DNA of 64,000 nucleotides from Calcarisporiella thermophila CBS 279.70 (taxonomy: Eukaryota > Fungi > Calcarisporiellomycota). Below are positions 1 to 13,147 of the stretch, piece after piece (the stretch's first letter is position 1; each line of letters begins with the position of its first letter). The stretch is taken from NCBI RefSeq assembly GCF_041956535.1, contig NW_027192193.1, forward strand, positions 1,231,192 to 1,295,191. The letters are read 5' to 3'. Below the pieces are notes generated by a model. The model had not been told where the DNA came from, did no database searches, and saw only the letters and a list, made by a program, of their open reading frames with translations. The translations under genes and the position numbers were made by a program.

Positions 1-425
1 CTGCTCAGAATTCAAATTCCCGAAGATGGCGCTGGTTTCATTAGGGTGAGCATATAAGAAGCGTTCGATGAGGAGAAGCGCAACATGGCGGATTAATGGC
101 TCAGTGCTGAAGCTGCGCATTTCATTCTTCAGTTGGAGATAGTAAACTATATCAGGGAGAGGGCCAAAACAGGCCAAACAAATTTCTTACTATTATCAAA
201 CACACAATGTCATTGGGTCGACCAAGATTACATGCACGAAGCAGCTCGAGGTCGTGCGTTAGAAGAGAATAAGAGCGTCCGTCAATGTCGGGCTGGATAA
301 GATTTGGGAAGCTTAGAGGAATGAGGCGCGAAGCAGGATTTGGGAATGGCTACCTTGGTCAAGGCATCTCGAACATATTCGATAGCAGCGCACAGCTCTC
401 CGGCCTCCTTATTAATATCAGCCAT
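1..425 (-). CDS. 5' part of a spliced hypothetical protein gene (runs off window start)
   Basis: ATG at 425. Two GT..AG introns join an open frame MADINKEAGELCAAIEYVRDALTK/PDIDGRSYSLLTHDLELLRA/FYYLQLKNEMRSFSTEPLIRHVALLLIERF... No family recognised. Confidence 0.55.
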
Positions 426-1007
426 TTGCTTGCCAGGTTGCGAAAATGGCTTGAGTTTCGCGACTGCTGATTGATAAATGAGACACAGAAAAATTTTCGA
501 ACTTTAGTGCTCTTCAAAAAATCGTTTCATATTTTTTCAAGATCGTCAGATATCAAGCTTCTCCTCTTTATTTTCAGATTCTCCAATTCCTAACATTAAG
601 TCGGCTAATACCATTCCGTGATATTAATTAGCTCGGAATCATCCCTTTTCTACCAATTAAGCCTGCCGTGGCCGCTTTGTTATCATTTTCCCTCCATTTT
701 CCTGTTATAGTGCTTTTTCCTCTACTGCCTCTATTACCTTCTTGTTGACTTTTGCCTCCATCTAATTTGGTGCTATTTTCTTTCATTTTATGAGCACGCT
801 CGAGCATTTCTCCTTCATGCCCAAGTAGTTCGTTGGATTATTAATTTCCAAACTCGTAGCGTCATTATAAATTTTGATCTCATCGAACCAGAACAAGGAA
901 ACAGCTTATATTGTTTAAAGTATGTCCTCCTTGGCCACTGCTTTTACTTGCCGTCTACGGCCGCGATCCTCATGAGATTGTTTTTATTTTGATTAGGGAT
1001 TCACTCT

Positions 1008-2966
1008 ATGGCAGTTGCAATGAATGCCTCAACGACCCATCCCTTGTCCGTTGACACTGCCTCCATGCATGCCTCTTCCCAACGTCAATCCTTAGTCATC
1101 GCAGCACCTTGCACAGCACCTGACATGATTCCTCCACATGCTACCAATGATTCCACTGCATCTCATAAACCAGAATCGAAAAATCAATCTTCATGTTTCT
1201 CCAACGTCATTAAAAAATCCGAGCCCACTGTCACAGCAACGATCTGTGCCAATTGTGGCACTTCCACCACGCCTCTCTGGCGGCGTGCACCGGGTGGAGA
1301 AACTATTTGCAACGCCTGCGGACTCTACCTCAAAGCGCGAAACAAGACACGCCCACCGTGGCTAAAGCGAAGCGTGGTTAAAAAGTCCCCTTCAACCGCA
1401 CCGCCGGCCACGCCCGCATCCAAATCGGTGAACGGGTCTTGCCCTGGAGACGGACACTGCAATGGCACGGGTGGAAGCAAATCTTGCGAGGGGTGCCCAG
1501 CTTATAATCAGGCGAATCGACAGGCTCAGCTCTCCTGTGCTAATTGTCGGACGACGACAACTCCACTGTGGCGGCGCGACGAGGCCGGCAATACGATATG
1601 CAACGCATGCGGGTTGTATTACAAGTTGCACAAATCCCATCGCCCCATCAGCATGAAGCGATCGGTCATCAAACGTCGCAAACGAGTTGTGACCGGGAGT
1701 ATGAATGCGGCCAATGCGGCGGACGCAATGGTCGAGGATATTGGGGATGAGATCGCGGGTGCGGAGGGCGAGGATGATGAGCACAGTGCTGGCGAGGACA
1801 TGAGAAGTGCCTCGGAAGAAGCTGATGCAGTCGATGTGGAGACGGCGGAGGTAAGCAGTGGGTCGGAGGGGAACGCTGCGCAGGAGCTCAGAATGCCACG
1901 GAAGCGCATCAGTGGAAATGCCCAAATTGCAGCCAAGCGCAAAGCGATCCATACCGCCGAGCACGGGTCGGTGCCTGCCATTGAAGACTATATTATACCG
2001 AGGCGCAGTGCCCATGCTCACACATGGGGCCAGCCTCTCACGGCAGGAAACTCTGGCCACCAAGCTCAGCAGAAGTCGTCACTTTCTCCACAGCTCCCTG
2101 CTAATGGCTCACCAAGTTCCTCGCAAACGCATATGGACGTCGAGACTGCGGCCCTGTCCAATCCCCAGCAGCATTCTCCAACCCCTGCAAAAGCCGTTCA
2201 TGGCGAATATCCCAAGTCACCCCTTTCGCAGCCCGCTGCCCCCAACACCCATGCTTCATGGAGTGAGCAACAGCGAAGTGGCAGCAACATTTCACAGCTA
2301 CTCAACCCATCCTCTACTGCGACAGCTTCTAATGCTGCTCCGCATTTCCCTCGTCTGCCCCCTCTCGCTTCGCCCAATGCTATACCTCAGAGACAACCCC
2401 ATAGCTCCCTGCTCTCGGGGTATGCTTCTGCCCCGAAGCAAATGGAGTTTAGTCAGCTGACACCGCAGGATCTCTACGCTCACCGCCAGGAGCTGCAGCA
2501 GGAGCTCACTCATTTGACGGATTTATTGAGCAGAACTGCAAATATGCTCAGTCAGCTCGACCATGCCATCGCCAACCAGGGAGGGGGCGTCCCACCCTTG
2601 CACACCTCGCAGCACTCCTTTACGGGCCCCAAAAACGCCTTGAGCTCGCCGAATTCTGCCCCCATGACATTACCCTCGTCCCCTCCTCCTCCTCCGCTTT
2701 CACAACCGCCGTTCTCAACTCGCCTTACTTCTCCTTCCCATCCAAACTCCAACCTCGCCTCCATATTAAGTGCTGATCCCAACACTGCAAGTGCTCTTGA
2801 CTCATTGATATCTCTGAGCAAATCGGGTAGACAGCCGCCCACTTCCAAACCTGGCGACGAGGATGAGAGACATACACAACGGGAGCAACAATCCTATCCG
2901 CACCCTCAAGCGCCAATACGATCTGAGATTGGAGAAGAAGGTGGAATATTCCGTGCGAAAACATAG
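1008..2966 (+). CDS. sreA: SreA/URBS1/Fep1-type iron-responsive GATA transcription factor
   Basis: Two GATA fingers (CANCGTSTTPLWRR...ICNACGLY; CANCRTTTTPLWRR...ICNACGLYYKLH) separated by the Cys-rich CPGDGHCNGTGGSKSCEGC motif; coiled coil near C-terminus. Probable 5'UTR intron at ~920-996. Confidence 0.92.
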   Translation: MAVAMNASTTHPLSVDTASMHASSQRQSLVIAAPCTAPDMIPPHATNDSTASHKPESKNQSSCFSNVIKKSEPTVTATICANCGTSTTPLWRRAPGGETICNACGLYLKARNKTRPPWLKRSVVKKSPSTAPPATPASKSVNGSCPGDGHCNGTGGSKSCEGCPAYNQANRQAQLSCANCRTTTTPLWRRDEAGNTICNACGLYYKLHKSHRPISMKRSVIKRRKRVVTGSMNAANAADAMVEDIGDEIAGAEGEDDEHSAGEDMRSASEEADAVDVETAEVSSGSEGNAAQELRMPRKRISGNAQIAAKRKAIHTAEHGSVPAIEDYIIPRRSAHAHTWGQPLTAGNSGHQAQQKSSLSPQLPANGSPSSSQTHMDVETAALSNPQQHSPTPAKAVHGEYPKSPLSQPAAPNTHASWSEQQRSGSNISQLLNPSSTATASNAAPHFPRLPPLASPNAIPQRQPHSSLLSGYASAPKQMEFSQLTPQDLYAHRQELQQELTHLTDLLSRTANMLSQLDHAIANQGGGVPPLHTSQHSFTGPKNALSSPNSAPMTLPSSPPPPPLSQPPFSTRLTSPSHPNSNLASILSADPNTASALDSLISLSKSGRQPPTSKPGDEDERHTQREQQSYPHPQAPIRSEIGEEGGIFRAKT

Positions 2967-3163
2967 CTCTTTTTTTTTTCCTTTTGCTTTTAATGTGTTT
3001 TTTTTTCCTTTTACATAATGCGATAAGTGTGAAGAGATAATCCCATTTTCCTTTTATATATATAAATATAGATATACATTTATATATTTTTATGTAGCTT
3101 GTGTATATTTCCATTATTTTTTTTATAAAACACACTATATTTGCTAAACTCAGGATATCCTAT

Positions 3164-3818
3164 TTACAAGTCTGGCAACTCGGCCATAAGCTTTTTCACT
3201 CTCGAGACGACAATTTCGTTGTCGCCGTAGACAGACGCTGTGACGTAGGGCGGCTCGATGCGTGTGTTATCCGCGGCAATATAAATGATAGAATCTGCCT
3301 CTGATTGAATTGGGATGCGATTGCGATTAAGGAAATTGATTACATTGGATTTGCGCGCCGCAATGATGGGGGAATCAAGGGATGTGAAAGGGAGAGGAGT
3401 AAAGAGAGATTCAACTGGTATCCTCGGCGAGTCGTGGACTATGAAGTGCATGAGAACAGGGATTGAATAAAAAATAGAAACTGTCTTTTAGCATGGCACT
3501 AATTAACGTTACTTTTCATTGATTTTACGGCACTTTCAAAAAGTACACGAAATGCATACTCGTTCCGCTTTTCATTTTCGCTCTGACTCTCGGGCCTCTA
3601 TTGAAAAAAGGCGTTAAAGACCGCTTTATAAATCCTGTAATAAAACTCAAGACTACCTTGCTCTCTGCACCGCTCGGTAGGGCAAGGTAAATAGCATAGG
3701 TTACCGGATCTACAGTTATCAGATAACCATGGCATTCCTCCAGTCCATGAAGCTGGACCGTGATGGAGCATCCTAGTTTGGCCGCAATCTCATCAATTGT
3801 ATATGCGTATGGCCACAT
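3164..3818 (-). CDS. GEMIN6: Gemin6-like SMN-complex subunit (Sm-like fold plus AD domain), about 3 exons
   Basis: N-terminal GYLITVDPVT and C-terminal RKSNVINFLNRNRIPI...IEPPY...NEIVVSRVKKL match the Gemin6 pattern; a small middle exon lies at ~3512-3596. Confidence 0.75.
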
Positions 3819-4493
3819 TTAAATAAAGCAAAAACCGATAGACATGTTCTGCTAATGTGACTGCATATAGTAATGTTAAATTTGGTGAGCGAAAAATTAG
3901 GGCGTTGTAAGTTTTATCCAACTCCCTTTGCCTCACACCTATCTTTGTGCTCTTCGATATTCCCAACTTAACTAATCATCTTATTTTACTCTTTCCCATT
4001 CCTAAAATTCATTTTTGCTTTTCTCTTTTTCTACTGCTACTTGCCCCCCATTTTATTTATACAATCAAGTGGTGAATCTCTTCCCGAATTTTCTCTTTGC
4101 ACACGATTTTTTTTTTTTCAGCTCTATTTTCAGAGTCTACTCTTAGTTTTACTTCCCAATTATTCCGCTAAAAGAAAAAGAAAGTAAACTTAGGAGAAAA
4201 TTTAGTAAAATTAACTTCGTCAAGGTGGGATAATAACTACCCCCTCTCCTCTGATGAACGCTATAATCTTGATATATTAATTCTTAGAGAAGCTTATTTT
4301 CCGTTTTTTGAAAGCGTAACGGTTGGTGAATCTCGTCGACGAGAGAAGCGACATTGTAGCTGTTCATGTCCAAAATACGCGACTAAAACTCCAATCCGAT
4401 ACTTTTTTTCTCCACTGAGTCGCCTGAGCGTTCTATTTAAGCTTTATCATTCTTTGTTGTTTCCTACTATCATCTCACCAATCCATTCGCACC

Positions 4494-7400
4494 ATGCATC
4501 CGACCAATGATGCCGCCTTCAAATCCCTTGGTGAAAACGGTAAACTTAATGGAAACATGGCAACATTGGGGGATGAAGAATCTGAGCAACCACGGTGGAA
4601 TGGAAAAACCACGGTCAACGAAAAGAAGCCGATAGCTTCCAAAACTAGTAGAGACCACTCACTCGCAGACTCAGCCGCATCTAACGGTCTTGAGAATCTT
4701 GAGAATGACAACCCAATCACTGCATGGACAGAAGAGGTAGCTGATTCATCTCCATTGTGTGAGGCAAATGGCCCTTCTAAACGGCATTCTTCCCCATCAA
4801 CCCATCTCAACCATCCATCCCAGCAACAAGAGCAGCAGCAGAGACAGCAACCATCTCAGAACTTGTCCAAATCACCCGGGATGAGTCAACAGCAACCGCA
4901 TCGACTACACTCTTACATGGCCGATGGCCCCCCTGAGCACCTTTCGCGGGCTGCCGAGGACACGCTTTGCGTGGATATGCTTCGGCTCTTTGAGACGCTT
5001 TTGCCAACCGCGGAGAGCCATGCGCGCCGACACAAGTTTGTGAGCAAGATAGACAGAATATTAAATACCGAATGGCCTGGAAAGGATATCAAGGTGCATA
5101 TGTTTGGGTTAGTATATTTTTAGCTTAAATACCGGGCTGATATTTTTAAGAGTTATGACCTCATCTTGTAAATCTATGCTCCCTCCCCTCTCTCCTATAT
5201 TAGATCTTCCGTGAATAACTTGGGCACCTCGACATCCGATGTGGATATTTGCGTGACGACCCCGTGGGATGGATTGAATAACGTACATACACTAGCGAAA
5301 GTGTTGCGTAAACGTAGGTTATTTTTTTTTTCAACGTTCCGCTTGGTGGGTGCTTATCCTTCCCCATTGTCATAGACGGGATGAAGCATATATACTGTGT
5401 CACCAACGCCAAAGTTCCCATCGTAAAACTTTGGGATCCGGAGTAGTGAGTATCAGGGATCTTGATTCCCCCTTTCTGCCCAGTTTAACTAATAGTTTCC
5501 CAATAGTAAATTCGCTTGTGATATCAACGTGAATAACACACTTGCCCTTCACAACACTCGAATGATTGCCACCTACGTGGCGATTGATCCGCGTGTGCGG
5601 CCCTTGGCAATGATCATAAAACATTGGGCCCGCCGGAGAGAACTGAATGACGCAGCTGAAGGGGGCACCCTCTCCACCTACACGTGGACGTGTATGATCA
5701 TCAACTTTTTACAGATGCGGGATCCTCCCATTCTCCCGTCTCTACATAAAATTGCACGGGAGCGGGGCATCACCAGTGGTGTTATGGCTCAGGGTGTGGA
5801 CTGTACATTTTTTGACGACATTTCAGAGCTGCAACGATTTGGAGAGAAGAACACCGAGAGTTTAGGCGGATTATTATACGCGTTTTTCCGAAGGTACTGT
5901 CTATTTTGAATGTAGAAGCGGTTCCGTGGCGATAATTTTTACTAATTTTTTTTTCCATTGTTTGATTTAGATTTGCCTTTGAGTTCGATTATGAGCGTGA
6001 GGTTGTATCGGTGCGTGAAGGCCGATATATGACCAAAGATGAGAAGAGCTGGCATATCGGTAAAAATGCCCGCCTGCTTTGCGTTGAGGAGCCCTTTAGT
6101 ACGTCACGCAACTTGGGAAATTCCGCAGATGAAGTATGCAAAACAATCACATCTGTATTCTTATTGAGTTTTTCATCGTGTAAAATTTTGTTAATAGGTA
6201 AGCGTCATAGGGCTTCGGCAAGAATTCCGCCGTGCCATCAATATCCTCCACGACAAGGTTAACCTTGCGCTCTGCTGCCGGCAGTACATCTTTCCAAATC
6301 AAAACCAGAATCAGCAAGGCAGCTACAATAACCATAGTGGCGGTGGCAATAGCAATCGGTACAATTATCAACCAGAATGGACGCCGAACTATCGCACATA
6401 TCGGCCGGCGCGATCGGATGACCATCCCCATCCGCGCCGAGATTCGAATCGCGACTATGGTAATCATGTTGACTACCAGCAACAGAGCAAGAGGGTGAGA
6501 GAGCGAGCGAGCAGCAGCACTGGCTATTATCCCTCGATGACAAGAGCGTCGTCCTCAGGTGGAGACCTGGACAGAACAGGATATGTAAGCTCAAGTGGCC
6601 GAGGAGGAGTGGGTGGCGGAAGCGGCCGGAGCCCTTACACAAGACCCCTAGTGAATAGACACATTCACCCGCAGCAACCTCCCTATCCACTCAACTACAT
6701 CACTGCCATGGTCGGTGGTGACAACCCCTATCAGCAGTCGTCGCAACCACACCAGCAGGGTGAATCTCACCACCAACGGGATCACTCTTCCGCCTCCCCC
6801 TCCCCCACTACTGCCTTCCCGCCCTATTCGCATTTTCTGTTTGCCCCCGGAACACTCGAATACTTTGCCTTGTTGACACAAGCCGCGGCTGCTAGCTATG
6901 GACACCTTCAGTCAAGACCTGCAGACACGACATTGAACGGAGCAATAGCGGAGGAGGAGAAAGATGTCCACGCAGAATGGAACAATGATTCGAATCAGGA
7001 GTCAAGTAAAAATGAATATAGTAATGAAGAAGAAGCTGAGGAAAACGAAAAGAAGCCCAATGACGCGACAAGTGGGGGTGAAAAGGTTCTTATCGCTTCT
7101 CTCGCAACTTGGCTTCCAAACCTTGGCTAACGGTTTAATTTAACTTCCGCTATTTTATAGAATGAGTCTATTTCAAACAGCAATCCGAGCCCCAGCTATG
7201 CCGTTAGCCCCGGGCAACCGTTCCTCCCTCCGCCTTGGTATTTCGACTATACCCAGCTTTATTACCACCCAGCCTATCAATACTACTGCTACTATTACAG
7301 CAACGGCCTTTTGGGCTCCCTCCCCAACTCTGTTCCCCCCTCCTCAAGCACCACCGCCACCGCCACTGCCACTCCGTCCACATCGGATGACGGGGTGTCC

Positions 7401-7871
7401 AACCAGCGGCAGGAACAGCAAAAGGAAGACGAATCCTCTGCTGTCTCGACCAGCTCCGATTCAACCACCCCAGCCTCTCTCTCACCCGGCCCATCCTCAC
7501 CGGTGCCACACAATGTCTCCTCCATGAACTCGTCCCGGCCCACCATGCGGCAGCGACAACAACGAACCCCCTTAGGTGTGCCTGCCCCTCCGGCCCCACC
7601 CTCTTCGCAAGCACTGGCCTCCAACGATACGCAGCAGCACCATACTTATCGTGCCTCAAACACTGCTCAAGAGCGCTCGCGCTCGGCCCCCCCTCCGCGA
7701 AGCAGAAGTCCCCGGCCCTGTATCTCGTGGAGCGCCATTGCGGCTGGAACTTCAGAGAATCGGTGCAAACCAAATGAGCCCAGGGAAAGACCCCTATCGC
7801 CCCCGCCCAGCCCGCCCACGAATGTGAGCTCGACTGTATTTCCGATCACAGGTGACAAAGGAAATGCATAG
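4494..7871 (+). CDS. Cid1/Cid13-family non-canonical poly(A)/poly(U) polymerase with long low-complexity C-terminus, multi-exon
   Basis: Spliced motifs VHMFG/SSVNNLGTSTSDVDIC, NAKVPIVK, CDINVNNTLALHNT, IKHWARRRELN...GGTLSTY, ESLGGLL..FF, LCVEEPF...NLG. Confidence 0.88.
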
Positions 7872-8352
7872 TCTTTTCTAAAGCTATTTTATTTTATTTT
7901 TATTTTTATTTTTTTTACTCCTTTTTACCCAATATGCATTCATTTATTGTTGTTTCCTTGTAAGGAATTTGTTTCTATTTTCCTCCTCTTCTCTTCCTAC
8001 TTGGTGACTGGCTTCATACATTTAATCCTTCCTCTCTTTATTTTTTCTCTTTTCAATTATCTTGTTCGTTGCAATCTTTTCTTTTTCCTTTAATCCAGGA
8101 AGTCTCTTTTTTTATTATTTTTACTCTAAAGAAGGATATATTTTTCAAGCTTTTTTTTTACTTTGTATTTTATTTTATTTTTTTTTCCCTAAAATTATAA
8201 CTTTCAGTTGCTGCAATCAATAAATATACAAATATATATTTGTAATTAGGGTGTTTCCGTCATCCCTGAAGGATAAATCCGCCCCATACAATGAATACTA
8301 GTACATATATATATATTTATCAATCATAACTCACGGCGAAGTGAAGGGGGTT

Positions 8353-10113
8353 TTAGAGGAAAGACACCACGACCACCTCCGACTGCATCCCCGCGGGCTC
8401 CCGCGTCTGCCCCGTCTCGGCATTGATGAGCAATTCTTCGTAGTTCCCCATCGTGCATACCATGTACTCACGTGCCGCGCCACACAACTCCCATTTGTAG
8501 TCAAGCGGCTCGTTAAGAAAGAGACGATAACCCCGATACACATACTCGTCACTGACACTGTTGCCAGAGTCGACGGAGTTGAGGAAGAGGGGGGCAGAGG
8601 GGGCCACGGCCCCAGGGCTGAGGCTGCGCGCAATTCCCCAGTAGTAGTTGGCCTCCCGAGGGTTCACGCGGGTAAACTCACCCCCATTGTACCCCTCGGT
8701 GGGATCCTCCTCCTCCACGTAGGATTCGCCGCGGATGCTTCGCTGCTGCATCCTGCCCTCATCTCGTTCGCAGTCAATCCGCAGTCCAGCCGAGGGCTCC
8801 ACCGCACTTGCCGCCACGTCGTAACTCGCCATCACCATCCCACGGTACCGCCACAGCACTTGCGCGACAAGCCGCCCCTCTTGCAGCAGCACCACCTCGC
8901 TGACGTCTCTTCGCTCTGAGTTGATCGCCCGCCGCTTCCCCATTTCTGTCCGCCTCCTTGCCTGCACTTTCCGGGAGTCGCGCCACACCTCGACACAGAT
9001 CCCGCCGGTCGGGTATGCGTCCGACGCAATCATCAGGGTGAGCGCTCGCCCAGAATGGTGCACGTTGATGCGGATCTCATAATCGTAGGGCTGCTCATTG
9101 CTCTCACCCAGATTGCTACCATATAGCTGCCATATGTTGTCGCCATTTCCATAGGTGTCGCTGTAGATTTTTTGGATGCACGTGAAGCACTCGCTCAGGT
9201 CGGCAAGCTCCTGGTGCGCGGCCTCGCCCGTGCGAGCCAGGTCGAGACACATCCAATGCCACGTGTTGGAGAGATAGTGCAGCTCACCGCCGGACAGTTC
9301 GACCAGGGTTCCCCCGCCCCCATCTAGTCTGGTCCCGAGTTCGAAGCGGTGGGTTGCGATATGGCGCCCCTTCTCAGGCACGCTATACACTGCAACTTCA
9401 CACACACCGCTGATATCGGGGTCCACGAACCCCAGGACCAGATATTCGGAGTTGACCGAGATGCAGTCTATGTTCTGAAAGTTGGGAGGCACCTCAGCAA
9501 CCTGCTGTGCTTCACTGCCGTCAAGGTAAAGCCGCCGCATAGTGGCCTCGAGAGAGGCGGGCTCGATGCAAAAGAGTTGTCGGCCGTCCAGGATAGAATG
9601 GACGCCCGCGCGCTTTCCACTACACCAGGCAAGCAAGCCGGAATCAATATCGAGTTTCAATCTCCTATCCGCATTAGCTTCATCATCTTCACTCTCAACG
9701 CTGGAGCTTAGCAACGCAGTACGACACAGTAGGCTCTGTGTCGAAATGCACCAAGATTGCATCACCATGCCCTCCGAGACAGCCACCAACATGTCTCCAG
9801 CTGCGCCTGCAAATCGAGTGATACCTTCGGCCACGAATTTCTTCATCCCACTTGCTTTTCCTTTTCGCCACCGGTGATCACATTGCACCCCGCGGCGATA
9901 CACCTCCTGCCATGACATGCCCTCATCGCGCGGCAAGCAGCGACGGTATTGCGCATGCTCGCATAATCGGCGCCACATTATAGAATCCTGTGTGAATTCA
10001 TTCCAGCGTTTTGATACAAGGCGACAAGTGAGCAATGAGTCAAGGTCATGATGAGGGAGAGTAAGGAGCAAAAGGATAGAAGTGGCGATCTCAGGGGGTA
10101 AATTTTGCAGCAT
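8353..10113 (-). CDS. F-box protein with divergent beta-propeller-like C-terminus, intronless
   Basis: MLQNLPPEIATSILLLL...LLTCRLVSKRWNEFTQDSIMWRRLC is an F-box; long open frame follows. Confidence 0.8.
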   Translation of the reverse strand: MLQNLPPEIATSILLLLTLPHHDLDSLLTCRLVSKRWNEFTQDSIMWRRLCEHAQYRRCLPRDEGMSWQEVYRRGVQCDHRWRKGKASGMKKFVAEGITRFAGAAGDMLVAVSEGMVMQSWCISTQSLLCRTALLSSSVESEDDEANADRRLKLDIDSGLLAWCSGKRAGVHSILDGRQLFCIEPASLEATMRRLYLDGSEAQQVAEVPPNFQNIDCISVNSEYLVLGFVDPDISGVCEVAVYSVPEKGRHIATHRFELGTRLDGGGGTLVELSGGELHYLSNTWHWMCLDLARTGEAAHQELADLSECFTCIQKIYSDTYGNGDNIWQLYGSNLGESNEQPYDYEIRINVHHSGRALTLMIASDAYPTGGICVEVWRDSRKVQARRRTEMGKRRAINSERRDVSEVVLLQEGRLVAQVLWRYRGMVMASYDVAASAVEPSAGLRIDCERDEGRMQQRSIRGESYVEEEDPTEGYNGGEFTRVNPREANYYWGIARSLSPGAVAPSAPLFLNSVDSGNSVSDEYVYRGYRLFLNEPLDYKWELCGAAREYMVCTMGNYEELLINAETGQTREPAGMQSEVVVVSFL

Positions 10114-10871
10114 TAGTTGAAGAAAGAGAGAGAACTTTTTTACGTTTAATTGCCACACGTTGGCTTAAGAGCGGTGTTTTGAGCCACCAAAATCCCATTG
10201 TTGCCACCCGAGAACGCAGAAATGCAAAAGTGTGCAGAATTTGCATTTGGCAAAAACCGACTTAGATCCTTTGGAATTTTTAGGGTTCAGGGCAGTCAAA
10301 ATCTGTTAATAGGTAGATGGTTCGTTATGAATTTCTTTCCGCCGGTATTCCAAGGTAGGAGGAGAGGTAGTGGGATTTCAAGACCTATTTTTCAATGCGA
10401 GTCTAACTGAAAGCCGATTCTTCACTTAGAATAAATGAAGCGTTCATTGACTTAAAAGCCCCCTCCGTTCCTATCATTGGCCTAGGGCTGTGAGGCTTTA
10501 TCTCAAGGAGATTTGGATTTTGTTGTTGGAGGCGGTTTTCAGAGATTAAGCTGCCGGAAACTCCTCGCTCGGACGTACTGAAAGTAACGTAGAAAATAAT
10601 ATGACCATTGTCGGCCGGTGATACGTTGCATGAGAAAGTAAAACAATATAACAAACAGCGCTGGATTTTTTGTTCATAGAGAAAACGAGGAGGGGAAGAT
10701 TACACTTCAAAATATCAAAACGATGTAGATTAGCCGAGAAAGACGACTCTCAATAATAACATGATGAAATAAAGATTTAAATAGAATATATACATGGAGG
10801 ATAGTGTACGAAAAAAAATACACGCTGACATACAAACGTGGGAAAGGAGAGCAGCTACTGGCTGAAGATTG

Positions 10872-11738
10872 TCAGTATTTGTCCCAATTATCCATCAACT
10901 CTAGCAATACGCCTTGATCCCTTTCTCGCGCCTGCTTTCGAACGCTCTCCAACCCAACGTTTTCCGAATTCACCTCCATCCAGTTCACTTTTTTGTTCAA
11001 GTTATCCTTGGAGCGCATTCCCTCCTCGAGCTGCCTTAGAGTTCGCTCTACGCCTTGCTTCACGTTCCGCCACATTTCCGGGACAATCTTGCTTATCTTT
11101 TGAAGCTCGTGGTCGATCTGTGTCTCATACATGCTGTCGAGTTTGTCCAATATTGTCTGGGAGTGTGTGCGGAAGCATTGCTCCAGCAAGCTTGGGTTGG
11201 GGCAAGTGGACTGGAGCACGTCCGAGACTGCGCTGGCATCGGTTGGGACGGAGAAAGTTGGGGCAGGGGCAAACGAAAAGACGTGATGAATATAATCTTT
11301 TACGTATGCTTATCATAGTAGAGGTCAACGTGTTAATACTCGATCCAATTGAAAACGATAGAGGATTCAAAAATGTAAATAATTACCATCGGCAGCACCA
11401 TCAAATTGCAATTTCAACACAACCCAGTCAGGTTCTTTCTCTACGCCAAACACCTGCTGATCATGCCCTTTCTCAGGCTCATTGGCATCCTTTTCTACCT
11501 GCATTGCATTGCGAAAGCTTTCGCATACTTTTGCAGTAGCATTGTGAATCATCTCTGAACGTGAATCTTGATAATGGGTGGCTAGCCTTAAGGCAAGGCG
11601 ATCAGCGCCGATGTGTGCCTGCACCAGAGGTCCGGAATCGAGATCACGGACAAGCGAATCATGCACGAAAGGGATTGCCTGGATCGGGAGAAATATTAGG
11701 AGGAGAACCGATAGTATCCTCATTGAAAATAATGCCAT
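10872..11738 (-). CDS. Hypothetical secreted protein, spliced
   Basis: Signal peptide MALFSMRILSVLLLIFLPIQA. ORFs 11367-11894 and 10872-11219 are joinable across GT-AG intron(s). Confidence 0.6.
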
Positions 11739-13147
11739 AATATAGTCTTTAATATAGTATATATGGTGTACAACAATAAAGTAACGAAACTGGAGAGGGT
11801 AAGAGGGGAGAAGGAGGGGAAAGCTATCCTTGCAGGAAACTCTCGTGAAAAAAAAAGTTCCTTGAAGTTGGAAAAATTCACCGCCATTGAGCACAGGAGT
11901 TTCAAAAAGCAGTCAATCAACGGTCTGTTCCAATGAGAAATTCTATGATGCTTGCATTCCATATCTGGAATATTAAATCAATCATGGATAGATTAGAAGG
12001 GCAAAAATCCCCATGCCCAAAGGTTTCAAATGAAAAGACCATGAATCGTAAGCCAATCTCAGAGCAAGCTCCAGCTCGAACTTCAACGCGAACTCTCATA
12101 ATTATCGTTTACCCGGAATCCACCAAGGAGCGCATCGATTATATTTATTAGAGCAAGCTTTCTTGTAGAGGAGAAGGGAGCGGAGCTCGCTCACCGGGGT
12201 AGGATGCCCAAGTCATTTGATCCAGAGCCAGCGTAACTAGTGAAAGAGACATGCTCTTCCCCCGCCTGTCAACCTGAGCACTCAGAGTTTGTTCTGAAGA
12301 AGAACATGGTTGGCGCATGTGATCTCCTAGTATATGCAGTCTTTCCCATCAAGCTGCTACGGCTGGCTGCGCTTGTTCAGGGAAAAGGAGTAGAACTCTT
12401 GTCCCAAGAGCGTGGACGTCACTAATCCATAGGAAGTAATGAGTTTTTGTTGGGAGATTATCTTAGGGACACAGTCTATCCAGGCCGGGGGTGGCTCAGT
12501 GGACATCCACTCTAAAAAGAATGTTTATTACTCCACAACTCAAACTCCCCACAGAGAGCAGAGCCAATTAACTTTAGAGATCTGTGAAGTATTCAGCCCG
12601 TCTAAAAGGCTAAAGTATTTGGATAAGAAGCCCGTAGTAAATAGAGTTTTGATTATCTAAACACGGAGGTCACAAATTGATTGCCAATGCAGGATCATGG
12701 CAGTTAGATAGAAAGAGAAGAAGCAAGTTGCTGCCGGTGATCCTGGAGCGACGTAAACAAAGCGACCTAGCGTGAACTCAAGAGAGCAAGCGCCTACTGC
12801 TCTGGTTGTTTTCAGTGTCATGGGGACGGGTCAGCCTTCCTGCACCTCAACCGTCTCCCCCATTTTTCAGGAGCAATATATAATATATTGAATTTCCGTC
12901 GAATGCTTACGGGATGACACATAGAATAGCACATTTTATTACACCAATATATTTTTCAAGGTCTCTTATCGCCCTGCTGACAAACTACAACGATCTCCGA
13001 GCGGATTTCTTCAACGGGATATCTCAATATAATCTAAGGTTTTCCTTCCCCCTTTAGTCGCGGTGAGGTTGGAGTATTTAATACCATTTATCACCAGGCC
13101 TGGCTTCATTCACACTTCTCTTCTCTCCCTAACCCCTACCGAGCACA

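Noticed and set aside
460-1007. SreA autoregulatory GATA sites and a 12-codon uORF (790-828)
   Set aside because: Only partial matches to ATCWGATAA and the TSS is unknown; not distinguishable from chance.
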